This document shows, in pieces, positions 48,695 through 57,924 of a DNA stretch of 64,000 nt; the stretch's first letter is position 1; every line of letters starts with the position of its first letter. A program made the translations under genes and the position numbers. The stretch covers positions 1 to 64,000 of the forward strand of contig JBDRTG010000020.1 in the NCBI GenBank assembly GCA_043824255.1, written 5' to 3'. This DNA is from a bacterium (GTDB lineage Bacteria > JAHJDO01). The notes beneath the pieces were generated by a model, which saw nothing but the letters and a program-made list of their open reading frames with translations, was not told the origin of the DNA and did not search any database.

Positions 48695-50761
48695 CTACTT
48701 CTTTCTTGTTTTTTCAATCAATTCCAGCCCAAGGTTGGCACTTCTACAATCAGGATCAAGTTTTAAAGCAAGTTTGTAAAAATGCGCTGCCCTTTGATAT
48801 ATCCCCATTCTATAGTAACATAGCCCTAGGTTGTAATATGTCTGAACGTCCTTATCTCCTGTTTTAAGGACTTTTTTGAAATATCTTGCGGCTTTTCGGA
48901 AGTCCGCTGTTTTCATATAGCAGATACCAAGCTTAAAATAACATTTTGGAGCATTTGAATCTATATCTACAGCCTCGTTAAAATGATGAATAGCTTTCTC
49001 ATAATTCCCCTCTTTTAAAAGAAGAATACCCAGATTATATAATACCTTTCGACTGTTTGGATGTATCTCCAGAGCTTTATTATATGCTTCTAAAGCATGA
49101 GTATTTTTATTCATGCCTGCATATAATATGCCAAGAAGGTTATATGCTTGGTAATTATTGGGAACCAAGTCTATGTTCCACTTGATTTCAGCTATTACTT
49201 CAGAATAATTTTCCTCTCCCTTGCTTGTATGAATATACAATGGATGTACAAATTTGTATTCGTATTTTGAAATAATCTCGAAATTCTCCTCTACATTTTT
49301 AAGGTATATAATAGAAATCTCATCCCAGAAAACCAGTTTCCAGTCCGGATTTCCGTAGAGAAATTTGTGAATGCTGATATCTTTCACTGCCTCAGAAGGA
49401 TAGGTTAAGAGCATGCAGGTGATTTTATATTTATTCAGCAGTTTCTCTGTATTCGGACCACAGCTTTCAATAGAGTTGTACTCGTTCAATAATTTTTCTC
49501 CATACACAAGCAACCTTCCATCTATAAATACTTTGTGTTCCGGGAAGCATTTCCATATCAAATAGCCTCCAAATGCATGAGAGTTGAAGATATTACCTTT
49601 AATCTGAGTGATATTTATAAATTCCGCTGCTTGTTGTGGATATTTATGAGCCTGTATACCTGAACCAAACACTCTTTCACCTCTTAGAGAATAACTGGTT
49701 TTATTCAAAATAACTAGAATAGATAGATAAAGAATAAATAGAATTAACAGCAAATTGCATACAGAAGCAAACGCTTTCTTCTTTTCCAGATATTTTGACA
49801 GACTTCTGAGGTTAATTAGAATAACAGGAAATAACGCTACCCCCAGAAATATACGATGCCTATGCGCTCCCAAGGCAAGGTATGTGAAAACGATAAATAA
49901 AATAATGTCTGTAACATGCAATCTTTTGAAATTTACGATAAAAGAGACTGCTGCAATGATAAAAAACGCTAGTAAGTATGGTCTAAAAAAGGCGTATTTA
50001 AGCTGTGTAGAAAAAGGAGCGAGCCATTCACTTACATTTTTGATTAGTGATGACTGAGTAAGCTGAAAAGGATATATTAAAATCCTGTATGTATTTGGAT
50101 TAATAAATATTGCAACAACAACTGCTATAGAGACTATCACTAAAGACACAACATGTTTTTTTGTTTTGAATTTTTTACGCACTAAATTCTGAGACAGTTC
50201 TCCAATAAGAAATATAAAACACAAGACAATGCCTATTACTGCTCCAGCATGGAGATTTGCCCATAAAACCTCGCAAAAAGGCAATAGAAACACTAATCTT
50301 ACATTGCGTTTCTCTGAATATCTCCATTTAAAGAGTATATAAATAAAAATTGTAAAAAACAGGATTGAGAAAAGGTTTGGTCTTACATAAAATCTTCCTG
50401 AACTCATAGCTGCAATAAGTACAATGAGAAATGATGTCAAAATAATATTGCTTCTAAGTATTGAAGCAAGTTTTAGAAGAAGAAAAAATACGATAAGGAT
50501 AATACCTGTCTTGAATACGATAAGCCCGGTGATGCCAGCTAATTCATAGATAGAGCAAAATATTACCTGGGATAGCCAATGCTGATTGATCCATGTTTTC
50601 CCAAAGGATGTATAAGAAAAAATATCGTGTTTGAGTACATTATGTGTATTTACAATTACTTCCCCCGCCTTCAGATGCCACCAGATATCATAGTTAGCAA
50701 TTTTAAATACAGAAACTAACAGAACAAAAAGGAAAGCTACTGAGACGAGAAAAATCTTCAT
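48695..50761 (-). CDS. Polytopic membrane protein (GT-C-like) with C-terminal TPR repeats
   Basis: DIWWHLKAG, WINQHWL, RP, WANLH.G, EW, FGGYL, FIDGR; TPRs (AYNLLG, LYNLG, YYNLG). Confidence 0.75.
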   Translation of the reverse strand: MKIFLVSVAFLFVLLVSVFKIANYDIWWHLKAGEVIVNTHNVLKHDIFSYTSFGKTWINQHWLSQVIFCSIYELAGITGLIVFKTGIILIVFFLLLKLASILRSNIILTSFLIVLIAAMSSGRFYVRPNLFSILFFTIFIYILFKWRYSEKRNVRLVFLLPFCEVLWANLHAGAVIGIVLCFIFLIGELSQNLVRKKFKTKKHVVSLVIVSIAVVVAIFINPNTYRILIYPFQLTQSSLIKNVSEWLAPFSTQLKYAFFRPYLLAFFIIAAVSFIVNFKRLHVTDIILFIVFTYLALGAHRHRIFLGVALFPVILINLRSLSKYLEKKKAFASVCNLLLILFILYLSILVILNKTSYSLRGERVFGSGIQAHKYPQQAAEFINITQIKGNIFNSHAFGGYLIWKCFPEHKVFIDGRLLVYGEKLLNEYNSIESCGPNTEKLLNKYKITCMLLTYPSEAVKDISIHKFLYGNPDWKLVFWDEISIIYLKNVEENFEIISKYEYKFVHPLYIHTSKGEENYSEVIAEIKWNIDLVPNNYQAYNLLGILYAGMNKNTHALEAYNKALEIHPNSRKVLYNLGILLLKEGNYEKAIHHFNEAVDIDSNAPKCYFKLGICYMKTADFRKAARYFKKVLKTGDKDVQTYYNLGLCYYRMGIYQRAAHFYKLALKLDPDCRSANLGLELIEKTRKK

Positions 50762-51447
50762 TTATTTATAAGACTTGCAAAATAACCAGCACCAAAGCCA
50801 TTATCTATATTTACAACTACAACACCCTCAGCGCAACTATTGAGCATTGTAAGAAGAGGTGTAATACCAGAAAAACTGGCACCATATCCAACACTTGTTG
50901 GCACCCCAATGACAGGTTTTGGAGTAACACCTCCCACAACACTGGCAAGAGCTCCCTCCATTCCAGCAACTACAATAATAACGTTTGCGGACTGAATTTC
51001 CCCTAGATTCTTAAACAGCCTGTGTATTCCTGCAACTCCAACGTCATAGATCTTTTTAACACTGTTTCCAAGAAATTTCGCAGTAACCGAGGCTTCTTCT
51101 GCAACAGGGATATCAGCAGTGCCGGCAGTAAGTACAAGAATGTGCTTTTTCATCTTTTTTCGAGGGAATCTATTGACTGTAACTATAGAGGCTTCTTTAT
51201 GAAAGATGGCTTTATTCCATTTTGACTTTATTGCCTTAAAAATTTCAAGATTTGCCTTTGTAGCAATAAGTCTGCTACTGTTCTTCAAAATAACCTGCGC
51301 AATTTCTACTATCTGAAAGACAGTTTTCCCTCTGCATAAAATAACTTCATCAGTTCCTGTGCGAAGACTTCTATGGGTATCTACTTTCGCAAAACCAAGT
51401 TCATGATACGGAAGACTACAAAGTTTATCCATAAATTTCTTATTCAT
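50758..51447 (-). CDS. larB: Nickel-pincer cofactor biosynthesis protein LarB
   Basis: DTHRSLRTG, AGTADIPVAEEA, DVGVAGIHRL, AGMEGALASVV, VPTSVGYG, NIDNGFGA. Confidence 0.93.
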   Translation of the reverse strand: MNKKFMDKLCSLPYHELGFAKVDTHRSLRTGTDEVILCRGKTVFQIVEIAQVILKNSSRLIATKANLEIFKAIKSKWNKAIFHKEASIVTVNRFPRKKMKKHILVLTAGTADIPVAEEASVTAKFLGNSVKKIYDVGVAGIHRLFKNLGEIQSANVIIVVAGMEGALASVVGGVTPKPVIGVPTSVGYGASFSGITPLLTMLNSCAEGVVVVNIDNGFGAGYFASLINK

Positions 51448-51547
51448 TTTCCTGCTTCTTTTGCTTCTTCTGCTTTCTTTTTTCCTTTAATGAGAGTTTA
51501 GCCTCTTTTTTATCCTTCTTTTGTCCTTTGTTTTTTTCATGCGCCAT
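51440..51547 (-). CDS. Small Lys-rich protein, 35 aa (not in the ORF track)
   Basis: SD GGAGGTGA, then MAHEKNKGQKKDKKEAKLSLKEKRKQKKQKKQENE*; overlaps both neighbours. Confidence 0.7.
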   Translation of the reverse strand: MAHEKNKGQKKDKKEAKLSLKEKRKQKKQKKQENE

Positions 51548-52556
51548 TTTTATCACCTCCTCTATCCTCTGTGTCTACCACTTCTGCTTTTTTACCAGGG
51601 TTCAAAAAAAGAATTCTATCCGCCCCGGCACGTTCAAGTTCTTTAATCATTTTATCAGGTTTTGGATGTAATGCAATTATTGTTCCTCCTCCTCCAGCGC
51701 CAGCAAGCTTTGCTCCTAAAGCACCATTTTTCAGAGCTATCTCAATTAAGCGGTCGTTTTCTTCGCCTGATGCTCCAAGCTCCTGCTGTATTCTATGATT
51801 CTGATTCATAAGAGCACCCAATTTTACCCAATCTTTATTAAGCAATGTTTTTTTTCCCTGTCTGCAAATATGCGCAATCTTTTCATACGCTGATATAACC
51901 TTCATATCACCGTCCATCCATCTGTCACGTATCGGCTTCAAAACAGAACCTGATACTCTTCTAACTCCGGTATGCGCAAGCACAAATGGAAGCTCTTTTA
52001 CATAAAAATGAAGCGGCTCTACTGTAGCATAAACCTCATGCTTTAATTGTCTATAATGCTCTTTATCCCGAAAATCAATATAATTAAGACCTCCGAATGT
52101 TGCCATATATTGATCCTGATATCCGCATTGAATTTTCATATAATTCAATTCAATAGTTCTTGCCATTTCAGCCATATGATATTTATCTTCGCAACCAGTG
52201 CTTGTATTCAGGAATTTCAGAATAGCATTCAATGATGCAACAAGCATTGCGGTGGAGCCAGCGAGACCGGCCTGAAAAGGAACATCGCTCCATGCTTTTA
52301 GATGCATCTTGATTTCCCAAATATTTAAGTAATTAAGTATAGCTTCAGGTATCAGGAAATGCTCACTTTTAATATTGAATTCCACTTTGCCGTTTGTTAC
52401 GAATTTCTCGTTCCCTATTTCAAAAACTAGTTTGTCGCATTTTTCAATAGTAACATATGCCTGCTCTGCAATAGAGCATGATATAACACTACCGCCATAA
52501 CCGTCTGTGGGATTTCCTATAATACCGGCTCTGCCAGGCGCAGAAGCTTTAATCAT
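51537..52556 (-). CDS. GHMP family sugar kinase (glucuronokinase-like)
   Basis: APGRAGIIGNPTDGYGG, PFQAGLAGS, GYQDQY...GG, GAKLAGAGGG. Confidence 0.85.
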   Translation of the reverse strand: MIKASAPGRAGIIGNPTDGYGGSVISCSIAEQAYVTIEKCDKLVFEIGNEKFVTNGKVEFNIKSEHFLIPEAILNYLNIWEIKMHLKAWSDVPFQAGLAGSTAMLVASLNAILKFLNTSTGCEDKYHMAEMARTIELNYMKIQCGYQDQYMATFGGLNYIDFRDKEHYRQLKHEVYATVEPLHFYVKELPFVLAHTGVRRVSGSVLKPIRDRWMDGDMKVISAYEKIAHICRQGKKTLLNKDWVKLGALMNQNHRIQQELGASGEENDRLIEIALKNGALGAKLAGAGGGGTIIALHPKPDKMIKELERAGADRILFLNPGKKAEVVDTEDRGGDKNGA

Positions 52557-53454
52557 GTTGAAGCTCACCCTTATGCATTTTCTTAATTAAATGCTGTCTG
52601 AGAAGATATCCATATTTATCATCCAATAATGCAAAATCTATAAATGCCTTGAAGTAACTCTCAAAATTACCTATATCGTATCTTTTTTCTCCCTCAGCAA
52701 GTTTTACACAGTGAACCTTGTGGCCATTTTGAATCATTAACCGGATTGAGTCAGTAATTTGAAGTTCTCCCCCATCATCAGGCATTGTTTTATCAATAAA
52801 GTCAAACACAACAGGATCGAACACATATCTTGCTGCTATTGCAAGATTGCTTTTTGCCCTGCTAATTTCTGGTTTTTCAATCAAATCTTTAACCTCGCAT
52901 GTATGACTTGTTTCCTTGCCCTTAAGCTCAATAATTCCATACTTATAAACCTCATTCTCTGGAACTTCTTCAACAGCAATTGTACACGCAGAATTTGTTT
53001 TCAGGTGCACATCAACCATTCTTTTTAGTAAGTTATTATTATCAGAACTTCTTATTATGGAATCACCGAGCGCAACAATAAAAGGCTTCTGACCAACAAA
53101 ATTTCTGCCCAATCTTATCGCATCTGCGAGCCCTGCCTGTACGCTTTGGCGAATATAGTAAAAACCAGATACGTCCTTTTCATATTCAAGATCTTTCAAA
53201 AGACTGAATTTGCCTGATTCCTTAAGTTTTTTAATAAGTTCCGGGTCTGGGTCAAAATGGTCTTCAATAGCTGTTTTTTTTCTGCCTGTAACAAAAAGTA
53301 TTTGAGGAACATCAGCATTAATTATCTCCTCCACAACATACTGCACAACAGGCTTCCTGCCTACAGGCAACATCTCTTTAGGCTGCGATTTTGTAGCGGG
53401 AAGAAGTCTTGTTCCCAATCCTGCAACCGGAATAACGGCTTTCTCAATTTTCAT
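52549..53454 (-). CDS. galU: UTP--glucose-1-phosphate uridylyltransferase family
   Basis: KAVIPVAGLGTRLLPATKSQPKEMLP, IEDHFD, LIEKP, GELQITD, RYDIG. Confidence 0.9.
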   Translation of the reverse strand: MKIEKAVIPVAGLGTRLLPATKSQPKEMLPVGRKPVVQYVVEEIINADVPQILFVTGRKKTAIEDHFDPDPELIKKLKESGKFSLLKDLEYEKDVSGFYYIRQSVQAGLADAIRLGRNFVGQKPFIVALGDSIIRSSDNNNLLKRMVDVHLKTNSACTIAVEEVPENEVYKYGIIELKGKETSHTCEVKDLIEKPEISRAKSNLAIAARYVFDPVVFDFIDKTMPDDGGELQITDSIRLMIQNGHKVHCVKLAEGEKRYDIGNFESYFKAFIDFALLDDKYGYLLRQHLIKKMHKGELQHD

Positions 53455-53487
53455 AACAACATTCCTTTCTGTTCTTTATTAATATAG

Positions 53488-53561
53488 TACGCCTGAAGGG
53501 ATTCGAACCCCCGACCTACAGATCCGGAATCTGTCGTTCTATCCGGCTGAACTACAGGCGC
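53488..53561 (-). tRNA. tRNA-Arg(CCG), CCA not encoded; overlaps the upstream CDS
   Basis: GCGCCTG...CAGGCGT-A acceptor; ACAGA-TTCCGGA-TCTGT anticodon arm; GGTTCGAATCC. Confidence 0.96.
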
Positions 53562-54262
53562 ATAAGTCTTTTTATCTCATAATCCCTTAAACTCCTATAT
53601 CTTCCGGGCTGTAGATTTCCAAGTTTAAGTCCATCTATAGAAATTCTCTTAATGTGGTAAACTCTATATCCCAGCTGAAAGAACATACGTTTTATTTCTC
53701 TTTTCTTGCCTTCAAATAATGTGAGCCTTACATGCGAAATCTGCCTGGAGGTTTTTAATATTTCCGCTTTTGCAGGTTGTGTTTTTCTTCCATCTATATA
53801 AATACCTGAAAAAATCTTTGCAACATGTTTTGATTCGATAGCACCTTTGACCTTCACAACATATGTTTTTGGAACATGATGTTTCGGATGTGTTAGCCTG
53901 TATGCAAAATCCCCGTCATTTGTCAGGATTATCAATCCCTCTACATCCCAGTCAAGCCTGCCAACCGTATAAAGCCGTGCAGGTATATCTTTAACAAGAT
54001 CTATTGTTTTTCGCCTTCCTTTTTCATCACAGTTGGTACAGACATACCCTGTAGGCTTATTTACCATAACATAGAATTTTTTCTCCGGTTTAAGAGGTTT
54101 TCCCTTATAAGTAATCTTGTCCTTTTCCGGATCAACCCTTAGCCCCGAGACTGTAGCAACCTCGTTATTTACCTTTACAAGCCCTTCGTCAATCAGTTTA
54201 TCACATGCTCTTCTTGACGCAATACCAGCATCTGCAAGAACCTTCTGCAATCTTATTTTCAT
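53552..54262 (-). CDS. RsuA/RluB family pseudouridine synthase
   Basis: S4 domain RLQKVLADAGIASRR, NKP.G, VGRLD, EGKKREIKRM. Confidence 0.94.
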   Translation of the reverse strand: MKIRLQKVLADAGIASRRACDKLIDEGLVKVNNEVATVSGLRVDPEKDKITYKGKPLKPEKKFYVMVNKPTGYVCTNCDEKGRRKTIDLVKDIPARLYTVGRLDWDVEGLIILTNDGDFAYRLTHPKHHVPKTYVVKVKGAIESKHVAKIFSGIYIDGRKTQPAKAEILKTSRQISHVRLTLFEGKKREIKRMFFQLGYRVYHIKRISIDGLKLGNLQPGRYRSLRDYEIKRLMRL

Positions 54263-54286
54263 AATAGCAGTAAACTAGCACATCGC

Positions 54287-54300
54287 TGACAGCGCTGTCA
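54287..54300. promoter_or_regulatory. Perfect 14-bp palindrome (candidate operator) overlapping a -35 box
   Basis: TGACAGCGCTGTCA in the divergent intergenic region; minus-strand TTGACA-18-TAGTTT promoter for the pseudouridine synthase. Confidence 0.5.
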
Positions 54301-54352
54301 AGAAAGTGGAAATATCTTCTTATCCTGTAAACAAATATGATAATATTCAATT

Positions 54353-54856
54353 ATGATTCAGATTCTCTGGATAATATTTTTTATTGTTGTGTGTTTAGCA
54401 GGTCTGATTATTTCTGTTTTTGGCGGGCCTGGTCCCTTTATCATTTTTGGAGGAATCCTTTTCTATGCCATAATAGACCATTTTCACGATATAGACTTAG
54501 GAATACTGGGAATTCTGCTTATCCTGTCAATTGCAGGAGAAATACTAGAGTTTCTTTCGGGACTTATAGGTGCAAAAAAATTTGGAGCTTCAAGAGCAGG
54601 AATTATTGGCGCATTAATTGGCGGAATTATGGGAAGTTTGATAGGCACTTTAATCCTACCTGTAATAGGCTCAATATTAGGAGCATTGTTTGGAGTGTTT
54701 TTAGGAGCTTTTACTGTGGAACTCATCATACAAAAAAATATATATAATTCTTTTAAGTCAGGATTAGGAGCATTTGTAGGAAGATTAGGCGGGTCAGTAA
54801 CAAAACTTGTTCTTGTAATTATAATGGCAATAATTGTGTTTAATAAGATTTTTTGA
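54353..54856 (+). CDS. DUF456 (YqgC-like) membrane protein
   Basis: GAKKFGASRAG..GA.IGG, G.FLGAF..E, GAFVGR. Confidence 0.85.
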   Translation: MIQILWIIFFIVVCLAGLIISVFGGPGPFIIFGGILFYAIIDHFHDIDLGILGILLILSIAGEILEFLSGLIGAKKFGASRAGIIGALIGGIMGSLIGTLILPVIGSILGALFGVFLGAFTVELIIQKNIYNSFKSGLGAFVGRLGGSVTKLVLVIIMAIIVFNKIF

Positions 54857-54870
54857 TATAAAGTCTACTT

Positions 54871-55686
54871 ATGAATATTATTAAATTTACTAAAATGTGC
54901 GCAACAGGCAATGATTTTATCGTGGTTGATAACCGGGATAAAATTATTGAAGACGTGCATGCTTTTTCAAAACATGTTTGCTCAAGATGCTTTGGAATCG
55001 GCGCGGATGGGGTTTTGCTTTTAGAAAATTCTGAAAAGGCTGATTTTAAAATGCGGATAATAAACGCTGACAGCACTGAAGCTGAAATGTGCGGCAACGG
55101 AGCACGATGTATTGTCAGGTTCGCACAGCACCTAAAACTAATTTCTAAAAGAACATGTTTTGAAACGATTGCAGGAATAATTGAGGCAGAAGCTACTAAC
55201 AACAATATCCGCTTAAAAATGAGTAAGTCCTGTGATATGAGGCTTAATATAGAACTTGATGTTAATGGGGAGAAACAAACTGTTCATTACATAGATACTG
55301 GCGTGCCTCATGCAATTTTGTACTTTGATAATATTGAGAATGTTGACGTTATGGCCATAGGTTCTCTTATACGCTATCATAAACATTTCTCTCCCAGGGG
55401 CACAAATGTTGACTTTGTCTCTATTAATAATGATGATTCTTTAAATATGAGAACTTATGAAAGAGGCGTTGAAGGAGAAACCTATGCGTGTGGAACCGGC
55501 GCAGTTGCATCTGGAGCAATTTTCTATGCACTTGGCAAGGTGAAGAGAATGCCTATCTCCATTAAAGTTAAAGGTGGCAGCTTAAAGGTTGATCTGCGTT
55601 ATAAAGAGGGTGTGTTTTCTGATGTTTTTTTGGAAGGGGATGCTCAAATAATATATAAGGGAGAACTAGTTTATGAAAACAGCTAA
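54871..55686 (+). CDS. dapF: Diaminopimelate epimerase
   Basis: GNDF, GIGADG, EMCGNGARC, GVPH, RTYERGVEGETYACGTG. Confidence 0.97.
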   Translation: MNIIKFTKMCATGNDFIVVDNRDKIIEDVHAFSKHVCSRCFGIGADGVLLLENSEKADFKMRIINADSTEAEMCGNGARCIVRFAQHLKLISKRTCFETIAGIIEAEATNNNIRLKMSKSCDMRLNIELDVNGEKQTVHYIDTGVPHAILYFDNIENVDVMAIGSLIRYHKHFSPRGTNVDFVSINNDDSLNMRTYERGVEGETYACGTGAVASGAIFYALGKVKRMPISIKVKGGSLKVDLRYKEGVFSDVFLEGDAQIIYKGELVYENS

Positions 55687-56842
55687 AAGATTAGATAATA
55701 TTCCTCCATATCTGTTTATGGAATTGAGAAATAAGATTGCAAAAGCAAAGGCTGAAGGGGCAGATGTTATAAGCCTTGCAATTGGAGACCCTGTTGAGCC
55801 AACCCCAAAACCTATAATTGATGAATTGTGTAGAACTGCTTATATCCCGGAAAATCACCGTTATCCTACAGACGAAGAAAAAGGCATGTTTAAATTCAGG
55901 GAAGCTATAACCAAATGGTACGGAGAAAGATATCAGGTAAAACTGGATCCTGCTAAAGAAATTATAGCATTAATGGGCTCAAAGGAAGGCGTGCATCATT
56001 TTGCCATGGCTATTGTAGATCCACAGGATACTGTGCTCATGACAGACCCAGGATATCCTGCCTATAGAGCCAATATTTTTCTAGCTGGAGCAAAACCCTA
56101 TAACATCCCCATACTGGAACAAAATAATTTTCTTCCAGTTCTTTCAGATATATCCTCTGATATTGCAAGAGAGGCAAAGGCTTTTTATCTTAACTACCCA
56201 AATAACCCTACAGGAGCAGTTGCCACTAAAAAATTCTTTACTGAGTTAGTAGAATTCGCAAAGGCCTATGACATTGCAATATGCCATGATAATCCATACA
56301 GCGAGATTGTGTTTAACAAACAGGAAAGACTCAGTTTTCTTTCTGTTGAAGGCGCTAAGGATGTCGGAATTGAACTTAACTCTCTATCAAAGCCATACAA
56401 TATGACAGGCTGGCGTATAGGTATGGCTATTGGAAATCCTGATATAATAGCAGCAATATCAAAGGTTAAAGAAAATGTGGATTCAGGTGTTTTTAATGCT
56501 ATTCAATACGCAGGAATAAAGGCATTGGAAAGTGAAACACAAAACATAGATAAAATGCTGGATATCTACGAAAAAAGACGTAGATTTGTTGTTGACACTT
56601 TAAATTCGATAGGCTGGATTTACACCCCTCCTAATGGGACATTTTATTTATGGATACCCACACTTCATGGAGAAAGTTCAATTAATTTTGCCACAATGCT
56701 TTTTGAGAAGGCCTCCGTTGTTGTTGCCGCAGGCTCTTCTTATGGAAAGCACGGTGAAGGCTACATAAGAATTTCCCTGACAGTATCCGACAAGCGGCTT
56801 CAAGAAGCTATGCAAAGAATTAAGAATGCGCTGAAAAGATGA
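55673..56842 (+). CDS. dapL: LL-diaminopimelate aminotransferase (class I/II PLP)
   Basis: PPYLF, GSKEG, LNYPNNPTG, SLSKPYNMTGWRIG; adjacent to dapF. Confidence 0.85.
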   Translation: MKTAKRLDNIPPYLFMELRNKIAKAKAEGADVISLAIGDPVEPTPKPIIDELCRTAYIPENHRYPTDEEKGMFKFREAITKWYGERYQVKLDPAKEIIALMGSKEGVHHFAMAIVDPQDTVLMTDPGYPAYRANIFLAGAKPYNIPILEQNNFLPVLSDISSDIAREAKAFYLNYPNNPTGAVATKKFFTELVEFAKAYDIAICHDNPYSEIVFNKQERLSFLSVEGAKDVGIELNSLSKPYNMTGWRIGMAIGNPDIIAAISKVKENVDSGVFNAIQYAGIKALESETQNIDKMLDIYEKRRRFVVDTLNSIGWIYTPPNGTFYLWIPTLHGESSINFATMLFEKASVVVAAGSSYGKHGEGYIRISLTVSDKRLQEAMQRIKNALKR

Positions 56843-56858
56843 GTACCAGGTATTTATT

Positions 56859-57911
56859 ATGACTAGACGCAAAAACATTATCAAAGCAGTCAGATTTGAG
56901 CGTCCTGATTATATTCCGATGACTTTTAAAATTAATGATGCCTGCTGGCAAAATTACCCACAAAATGCTCTGTTTGATCTAATGGAGTCTCACAAATTAC
57001 TTTTCCCTGACTTCGAAAGACCCGTTGGAGAATTTAGACCAAGCTTTAAACCTGTTGCACTAAAAAATACCAGCTTGATCGATGACTGGGGATGTCTGTG
57101 GGAAACAAGAGAGGACGGAATAACAGGAACAGTAACTCGTCATCCTCTGGCTGATTGGTCAGATTTTAAAAACTACAGTGCCCCTGACCCGGATATATGT
57201 ATGGGTATCGGACCCATTGATTGGAACCAAGTCGCGGCTGATCTTGATAAAGCAAAAGAGAAAGGAGAACTTCTTCGTGGAAAGTTGCGTCACGGACATA
57301 CTTTCTTACAACTATGTGATATCCGGGGATACGAAAATCTAATTTTTGATATGGCTGATAATATCCCCGGACTTAACAAACTTATAAAAATAATTGAAGA
57401 TTTCAATATGAGCACAGTAAAACATTATCTGGATTGTGGGGTAGAGTGGATGGAATATCCTGAAGACCTGGGCATGCAGAGTGGACCTATGATTTCCCCT
57501 GATCATTTTAAAAAATATATTAAGCCCAGCTATCAACGTCTTATGGCACCGGCACGAAAGAAAGAGACAATCGTGCATATGCACTCTGATGGATATTTAC
57601 ATGAGCTTATAGATGACATCATTGATGGCGGAGTTGATGTTATAAATATGCAGGATTTGGTTAACGGCATTGATTGGATAGCTGAACGGTTTGCTGGTAA
57701 AACATGCATAGAGCTTGACATTGACAGACAAAAAATAACAAGCAAATCTACCCCGAAGCAAATAGACGCCCTTATTCTTGAGGAAGTGAGTAAAATTGGC
57801 AGTAAAAAAGGAGGCTTAATGATGATATATGGTCTCTATCCCTGTATTCCTTTAGAAAATGCCAGGGCTGTTATGGACGCAATGGAAAAATATACTTTTT
57901 ACTATTCATAA
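56859..57911 (+). CDS. Uroporphyrinogen decarboxylase family protein
   Basis: DDWGCLW, IRGYENL, EDLGMQSGPMISP, HMHSDG, DIDRQ. Confidence 0.8.
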   Translation: MTRRKNIIKAVRFERPDYIPMTFKINDACWQNYPQNALFDLMESHKLLFPDFERPVGEFRPSFKPVALKNTSLIDDWGCLWETREDGITGTVTRHPLADWSDFKNYSAPDPDICMGIGPIDWNQVAADLDKAKEKGELLRGKLRHGHTFLQLCDIRGYENLIFDMADNIPGLNKLIKIIEDFNMSTVKHYLDCGVEWMEYPEDLGMQSGPMISPDHFKKYIKPSYQRLMAPARKKETIVHMHSDGYLHELIDDIIDGGVDVINMQDLVNGIDWIAERFAGKTCIELDIDRQKITSKSTPKQIDALILEEVSKIGSKKGGLMMIYGLYPCIPLENARAVMDAMEKYTFYYS

Positions 57912-57924
57912 TTCATTAAGGTAA

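Noticed and set aside
24464..53561. tRNAs as island integration sites
   Set aside because: No integrase and no duplicated tRNA 3' ends seen; flanks are housekeeping genes.
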